Shown here piece after piece: positions 59,101-64,000 of a stretch of 64,000 bases of DNA. A model generated the notes under the pieces. That model ran no database searches and was not told the origin of the DNA. It was given only the letters and a program-made list of their open reading frames with translations. This DNA comes from an uncultured Bacilli bacterium (GTDB lineage: Bacteria > Bacillota_I > Bacilli_A > RFN20 > CAG-826): assembly GCA_905235705.1 (NCBI GenBank), contig CAJOML010000001.1, forward strand, positions 12,118-76,117, given 5' to 3'. Both the position numbers and the translations under genes were made by a program. The stretch's first letter is position 1. Each line of letters starts with the position of its first letter.

Positions 59101-62100
59101 TCCGATTTCGATTTATTCAAAGACGGCGTCAACCTTGTCGATTTGATGGATACATTATGCGATAGCCGCATGTTTATGCCCCTTGCCTCCTCCATCGAAA
59201 ACCCTGACCCGAGGTTGGTGTTTACCGATGAATCCGGAACCCAATATTATTATGTCTTCCCCTCTTATTTCTCGCAGAAGATTCTTTCCGCAGCCGGCAA
59301 AAGCAATCTTTATATCTTCCAAGATGAAAACCCCAATGGGACGACTTCGGAAGAAAAATGCTCTGCCTTTGTTTCGTCTTGTTTGGATCTTAACGAACCC
59401 GCGAAATGGAAATTAAACGATGCTGGCACGGGCGAGCTCGATTATTTGAAGACCATCTTCATCGATTTGAAGGCGCTTGGTAGTTTCGATGCCCTTAGCG
59501 AACTCGATGATCAATCCATCCCGAAGATGCGTTCTGCCTTGAAGCACATGGAGGAATCCTATTGCTTCTCAACCGTCTCCGTTGCCAATGCCTTAGGCAA
59601 GGCAATGGAAAAAGTCGGTGGGAGTGGGGATATCGATTTCTCCGCCGCCCATACCGCTTATTTCTATGACACCAATCGCGGCGAAGGTTATAACCGCGAG
59701 GCTACTGTCACCGAGAAGAAGGCTCAAATCGACCATTTGATGGGTGTCATGTCGATTCTTTATGACCCCCAATATGGATTTGCCAAAGATGGTAAAATCG
59801 ATCTTTCTAATATTAGCCTAGGCAAACTTTCCACTGAATATTTCCTCCGTCCTTTCCTCGAAAATTCATTTGAATCGGAAGTTCTCCATAGCCGTGACGA
59901 GACTTTCTTAGCGACGATTGAAGCGACCGTGTTTGAACAAATCATGGGCTCGCTTGCCGTCAATTCCTCCATCTATGGCATGGATACTTCTCGTTTCAAT
60001 TGGAAGAGCCCCCTTTCGTTAATGGAAGACACATCCCATAAGAACCTCGGGTATCAATCCACCTCCTCCATCTTTAGCATCATTAAATCGACTTCCGATG
60101 CCGAATGGCCAAGTGAAATCGACGATTTATGCGATCTTATCGATTTCCTCCAAAAGAGTGAATTTATCAATGACAAAGGCGATTTCAGCGCCTCTGCCTT
60201 AAATGATATCGGCTCTTATTTTGGCTCAGATCCCAAAATAAAAGAACAAAAGAAAGAAAACCTTAACACGATGATGAGCGGCGTCAATAATGTCGAATTA
60301 TTCCGTCGCGCCTTACCCCGTTACCTCCAAAATGCCATTAATGACGGTAAGTTCAGCGGCAGCTTAGGCAATGACCTAAAATGCACCGATTTCTATTACC
60401 ACGTGAAGCATTATGGAAGCGATATGGATTATGGCGCCTATCCGCAGAACGAAATCGATAGCCTCATCACCATCTTCTCCGAGTTAGGTAGCTCCACCGA
60501 TATCGATATGAACGACACCCGTTCTTTAGATGGCGAGGCTTTATCTAAGGCCTTAGCCGAGATGGAACATACCGGTTCATTTAATGGCAACAAGGAGAAA
60601 GCGGCGAGCATCTTCGCTTCTGGCGATCCCCATGTTGGCCATACCGCCTTTGCCAATATTCTTGCTGATGTCTTAAATGCCGATGCATTAAAGGATTATT
60701 TCTTCTATGCGAGTAGCCCCAAAGACCAACACCACGTCTCCAATAGCGATTATTCTTCCTCTTTAACCAAAGCCATTTATATGGTCGATACCTATTGCGC
60801 GAACAATTATTCGGAGCCTGCAAAAGGCAGCGAAAAGATTGCAGAACTTGGCCGTTTCATTAATTTTATCGCTTCTGAAGAGATGGCTATGTATATGGGT
60901 TCTAGCGGCACTTCCTTCGACCAAATGGATGGTGTCACTTTAGGGGATTTACTCCATGCCTTAAACGAGACCACCTTCTATCGCGATTGCGTCCCCGCCG
61001 CCTTAGATAAGAGCATCAATGCGGATGGAACTTATAACATCGATGGCATTGACCTCTCTTTAACCAATCTTTATTTCTCTTATTATTGGGTGAATGAAGA
61101 TGGCTCGATTAAGGCTGCGGCTTCGACCCGGCCCGATTATGAAGTTCCTTTCTATGATCCTGAAATCGATCAGCTTTCTTACATCATCGGAACCTTAAAA
61201 GACAACAAGGATGCCATGTCTTCCTTTGATGTCTCCTCCTTTGACCCGATGGTCTTAAGGAACTTGCTCCGCGAAATGGTCGATTCTTATTGTTTCCATG
61301 AAGCCGGCGTTAACCTTTCCAGCCCATCTTATAAGACGGCTTGGTTCAAATTTGACGATTCGTATCAATTCGTTGCTTCCGGGAATGTTGATTTACGCCG
61401 TAACGATTTAACCGTCTTTGAGCAATTCGTGCAGAAGATTTATCTTGATTCCAAGCTTTATGAGAAGAATTTCTCCTTGAGTTCAAGCGAAGCTGACCTC
61501 GCCTTATATCTAGAAGCCGCCAAAGGAACATCCGGATCCTATGGTATTGGTTTAGGAAGCGACGAAGAAAGCATCATCGCCTCCGCTTCAAAGATTAAAC
61601 TCCATGACAATATCGTCGCCTTTAACGAGCATACGCTGACCGATGTCAAAAACGCTCTTATCACAACTAGGTGGGGCGATGAAATCGATGCCCTTACTAC
61701 CGACGGGCACCCTCATACTCCGAGGATTGACCAAAGCGAGCCTGACGATTCTTTCGTTGGCTTAATCGAAATCATCCAAAAGCTTGGCATCGCTTCATCT
61801 GGAACAATCGAACTTGGCAACTCCAACTTAAATGGATATGAGCCCAATGAGCTTTATTATCTCTTTAATTCCATCAACGACCTCTCCATCGTTAACGAAG
61901 TATTGCCCAATTCTTTTGCCGGCTTCATTTCGGGTAAGGGTAGCTCTAGCGATGGGTTTGGCTTAGACAAATATAGTAAGGACGAAGTTTCCTATGGAAG
62001 TGGGGCGATTTCTTCGATCGCTTATGACGTGAACGATTATGGCTTGGCCAATACGTTATCCTTTACTTATTCGGGTGCCGATTTGAGTGATGCTTCATTA

Positions 62101-63612
62101 GGGTTGCTTCACGTTAATTATGGAGGCGAAGACGTCACTTCTTTGACTTCCATTAGCAAAGACGGGTCGGTTTACACTTTGAATGTTGAGAAGATTCCTG
62201 GCTCGTTCACCGTTTCTGCCGAAAGCGGTGAGACTTTTGATGATGTCAAGGTAACTTTCGACCGTGCCGATTATCGCCAAGACCAGAAGACATATGAACT
62301 GTTCGGTATCCGTTCCTTGTATTATTTCTTCGCCTCGACCTTCCGCGGCATGAAAGTCGGTGATTCTTACTACTATTCCTTCGATAGCGATTCCGAACTT
62401 GGCGAATTCTTGGAAGAGAATCCCACCAATACACCCGAAAAGACCAAGTTCAAGCATTCGACTTTCGGGTTGCTCAATTTGGTCATCGGTTCGGGTTTAT
62501 ATGAACGTGAATTCCTTAATGCCAGTGATTCTTACCGCGCCAAGGACTACTTCTTATATAATTTGCTCACGGTTAACGCCAACGTTGCCTATATCGGTGA
62601 CTTCAAATATTCCTTTGTTTCTGATTTTGGAACCTTTGGGCTACAAGATGTTTATGATTCGGCGGTTGGACTAAATCAATTGACCGAAGTCTTGAAGAAT
62701 GCCGACCCCGATATCGAAATCGCCAACGAGAAGCGCTTCTGCTTCGAGCAAGCCGCCTATTTGGATCAATTCTGTTCCGATTTGGGCTTTGCCGGTGCCT
62801 TCGCCGAAAACGTCTATTACCGTAATTATCTTGGACAGCGTCCTGATGCTTATGCTGCGACTAGCCCGACTGATTTCATGATGTTAGTCGAAGATGGAAC
62901 GATCGCCTCAGATGCTACCGGTTATAGCCATATCGTTGGCTTTACCAAGACCCATGATTCCTTCGTTGGTTCTGGGTATCAAATCCACCTTTATGGCACC
63001 AAAGAAGGTGCAGCCAACACCAATTTCGTGACTTCCAGCGACCCGATTAATGAGCCTGGCGAAATGATTAAAGGCATTGAAAGCGGCATCGTTAAGAAAT
63101 TTGCCTATGGCTATGCTAACGCGGTGAATGAGACGAACCGTAATTATAAGGTTCCGACCTTCAGCCCGACGATTTCTTCGACGACTTATTATATGGATGC
63201 TTCCCGTAGCGCTTATATCGCTCCCGTTAGCGATGCCTTGGATTACCTTGGCACTTATGAAGAGGCCTTCTCACCCGATAGTGGCTATAGCGTCCTAGGC
63301 GCGTTAAACCGCGTTTGGACATTCCTTGAAGAATCTTCCCGTAGCGGCAGCGGGCTTGATAAAGAGGCCCTTGCTGATGCCATTGCCAATTTTGCAGGTG
63401 CAAGCACCTATGCTAGCGAACTCGTCAATCGCTTCTATCTTGGCGAAGGGTATGACCGACTTTGTCGCACCAATAGCTCTTATATCCCGAACTTCTTCGA
63501 TAACAACAATGTCTACTTCGACTTTGTGGGTAACCATAACATCGCCGCTGGAACTGGCGATTTGCCCTTTAGCTATACCGGACTCGCTAATATTGTGAGG
63601 TCCCATCTTTGA
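56197..63612 (+). CDS. Giant (2471 aa) protein with N-terminal 4-5 TM anchor and a very long Asp/Ser/Gly/Tyr-rich domain of unknown function
   Basis: Single uninterrupted ORF ending in TGA. The start may be ATG 56203. No recognisable catalytic motif. Confidence 0.6.
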   Translation: MRMILASGFDISGLIDNLDLIWSIVFWSILGLLLISFFIGLLRGWKSGTYRLIFLSVLAVTLLAFLGVFADVIGKIDLRSFTQNPISFTLNEVEISANPGPVFETVRELTYKVLKDALKIKGSVETLQNYAVALTASMIRLALIAIIGITVATVGSLLCWILWHIAFKFIIPKPKRKPKLRWVSGIEEVVVTALCGVLMLTPFSAISNSTISNINPNSISSTDETVVMFKKVASTYNESILNKAFFAWTKGDGSRTLDAQFVEFLCQVDTETMSANIISDLANISYAAGKILDAASGGENANGELSGFAFAPINYAGHLLVETLTFAGNDGIGLVNGLASFASDLAVHSDQVVSYLGNDIQDQLVTKEKTPEAYLKKAARSYRALAQAEFLPTIVDPFFEAETPYPSYDDPYALLTSDYTLDCLLELKKDQESRSFYDGLIKGYIYDHGSHASLKTLAPLKEDGSADVKAMNDISYLDEAVTVVTFLNRANHIDADFTKQLIRYASEGGSNQSSSTDLSSLLAMAMRALANNSEALADALIGPRDEQGEPITGYRGLSSKGCLMDSGLINAAFPALLELAGNVLSNATDSTVDISEVANALSDPNWEILVKNNKRELGATLDVLLRLTQNPYAGSSNQEKVTYGQSIADTGKAFLRDFSKHPGVDLDPEKHLYDFDGKLGSSLMYAISGLDKSKALAALVPAFAENAINNIDLFKGDNPLTFDFHPIDSQGNSILGIELAKILSIVAQAPHVFPIFLRSGTFSVNSISTAMMNHEQEFVKILDAFAGSKIANPVINGNKNVNMIRLFNSLFKGLEIESSLTENDLNDVALVNTYDGEDGNIVSYLSGNIVAGKETEDYYLINAVAGVMNSGVLNALQTITNTNEILANLGEADMEGIFSSLGGSVILRKVMPAYLDAKILDDMLNSAGDVSLKKMGVSFTNLTTKQQWASEGARFQSMIDLITKGIDLSDFDLFKDGVNLVDLMDTLCDSRMFMPLASSIENPDPRLVFTDESGTQYYYVFPSYFSQKILSAAGKSNLYIFQDENPNGTTSEEKCSAFVSSCLDLNEPAKWKLNDAGTGELDYLKTIFIDLKALGSFDALSELDDQSIPKMRSALKHMEESYCFSTVSVANALGKAMEKVGGSGDIDFSAAHTAYFYDTNRGEGYNREATVTEKKAQIDHLMGVMSILYDPQYGFAKDGKIDLSNISLGKLSTEYFLRPFLENSFESEVLHSRDETFLATIEATVFEQIMGSLAVNSSIYGMDTSRFNWKSPLSLMEDTSHKNLGYQSTSSIFSIIKSTSDAEWPSEIDDLCDLIDFLQKSEFINDKGDFSASALNDIGSYFGSDPKIKEQKKENLNTMMSGVNNVELFRRALPRYLQNAINDGKFSGSLGNDLKCTDFYYHVKHYGSDMDYGAYPQNEIDSLITIFSELGSSTDIDMNDTRSLDGEALSKALAEMEHTGSFNGNKEKAASIFASGDPHVGHTAFANILADVLNADALKDYFFYASSPKDQHHVSNSDYSSSLTKAIYMVDTYCANNYSEPAKGSEKIAELGRFINFIASEEMAMYMGSSGTSFDQMDGVTLGDLLHALNETTFYRDCVPAALDKSINADGTYNIDGIDLSLTNLYFSYYWVNEDGSIKAAASTRPDYEVPFYDPEIDQLSYIIGTLKDNKDAMSSFDVSSFDPMVLRNLLREMVDSYCFHEAGVNLSSPSYKTAWFKFDDSYQFVASGNVDLRRNDLTVFEQFVQKIYLDSKLYEKNFSLSSSEADLALYLEAAKGTSGSYGIGLGSDEESIIASASKIKLHDNIVAFNEHTLTDVKNALITTRWGDEIDALTTDGHPHTPRIDQSEPDDSFVGLIEIIQKLGIASSGTIELGNSNLNGYEPNELYYLFNSINDLSIVNEVLPNSFAGFISGKGSSSDGFGLDKYSKDEVSYGSGAISSIAYDVNDYGLANTLSFTYSGADLSDASLGLLHVNYGGEDVTSLTSISKDGSVYTLNVEKIPGSFTVSAESGETFDDVKVTFDRADYRQDQKTYELFGIRSLYYFFASTFRGMKVGDSYYYSFDSDSELGEFLEENPTNTPEKTKFKHSTFGLLNLVIGSGLYEREFLNASDSYRAKDYFLYNLLTVNANVAYIGDFKYSFVSDFGTFGLQDVYDSAVGLNQLTEVLKNADPDIEIANEKRFCFEQAAYLDQFCSDLGFAGAFAENVYYRNYLGQRPDAYAATSPTDFMMLVEDGTIASDATGYSHIVGFTKTHDSFVGSGYQIHLYGTKEGAANTNFVTSSDPINEPGEMIKGIESGIVKKFAYGYANAVNETNRNYKVPTFSPTISSTTYYMDASRSAYIAPVSDALDYLGTYEEAFSPDSGYSVLGALNRVWTFLEESSRSGSGLDKEALADAIANFAGASTYASELVNRFYLGEGYDRLCRTNSSYIPNFFDNNNVYFDFVGNHNIAAGTGDLPFSYTGLANIVRSHL

Positions 63613-63613
63613 T

Positions 63614-64000
63614 ATGGCGTTTATCCCACTTGCTAAGAGCTATGGGCAATACAAATGCCTTGGCTCGGAATTTGATTGCGAATTAGGACCCCTTTTTCGC
63701 GAAGAAGATTTCAAGGCGATTTATGATGCCTTTAAGAAGAAATTTCCTAAGGCCGATCATTATCCTTACGGTTTTGTTATCGGCTCCTATAGCAAAAGCA
63801 GCGACGATGGTGAACCTGGGTCTTCGGCCGGGAGGCCTTTAGCTTCTTTGCTTGAAGAACGTAAAATCGACGGTTATCTCATCGTGGCTCGTTATTTTGG
63901 CGGGACAAAGTTAGGCATTCCCCGTTTAAGACGGTCGATTTTAGAATCGGCTGAAGCGGCGATTAAAGAGGCTAAATTAGGGGAAGAAGCAGGAGCTTTC
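63614..64000 (+). CDS. yigZ: YigZ/IMPACT-family protein (N-terminal part, runs off window)
   Basis: ATG 63614 lies within TGATATG after the giant gene. Contains the GEPGSSAGRP...IVARYFGGTKLG UPF0029 signature. Confidence 0.65.
   Translation, partial: MAFIPLAKSYGQYKCLGSEFDCELGPLFREEDFKAIYDAFKKKFPKADHYPYGFVIGSYSKSSDDGEPGSSAGRPLASLLEERKIDGYLIVARYFGGTKLGIPRLRRSILESAEAAIKEAKLGEEAGAF

Noticed and set aside
1-64000. CRISPR arrays, integrases, transposases, rRNA operons, prophage genes
   Set aside because: Scanned intergenic regions and repeats. No regularly spaced direct repeats and no recombinase or transposase motifs were seen.

Overview
Gene-dense 64 kb chromosomal segment, about 47% GC, from a low-GC Gram-positive or Mollicutes-like bacterium. 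Standard genetic code 11 applies: TGA is used as a stop (e.g. the end of the 2471-aa gene) and TGG encodes Trp. Many lipobox lipoproteins, very large surface proteins and a glycolipid-type operon (GT8 glycosyltransferases plus acyltransferases) suggest a wall-less or thin-walled Firmicute relative; this is inference. Recognisable housekeeping genes: glyA, acyl-ACP thioesterase, a gpx-marR-CDF operon, a MacB-type ABC exporter with lipoprotein, xth, an M18 aminopeptidase, a prs/hpt/upp/apt salvage cluster, mtnN, a GltD-like oxidoreductase, an N-domain-less clpB, pepF, a patatin-like lipase, ruvX, a CarD-like factor, an MFS transporter, rdgB, trxA, a CPBP protease and a partial yigZ. There are three tRNAs: Leu-CAA, Gly-UCC and Asp-GUC. 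Non-housekeeping content worth a second look: (1) an AT-rich single-gene islet next to tRNA-Leu encoding a Schlafen/AlbA_2-HTH-SWIM zinc-finger protein, with a 12-bp tandem repeat present both inside the CDS and in its own 5' leader; (2) a translationally coupled four-gene operon of acidic unknown proteins ending in a 630-aa membrane-anchored protein; (3) two paralogous 1192-aa and 1352-aa surface lipoproteins in a co-directional block with a membrane-embedded XRE regulator and palindromic operator candidates; (4) a 2471-aa N-terminally membrane-anchored giant protein, apparently leaderless, with a perfect 16-bp palindrome over its -35, coupled to yigZ. No CRISPR array, integrase, transposase or rRNA was seen. 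Start sites were refined by eye from RBS and overlap evidence and are approximate.
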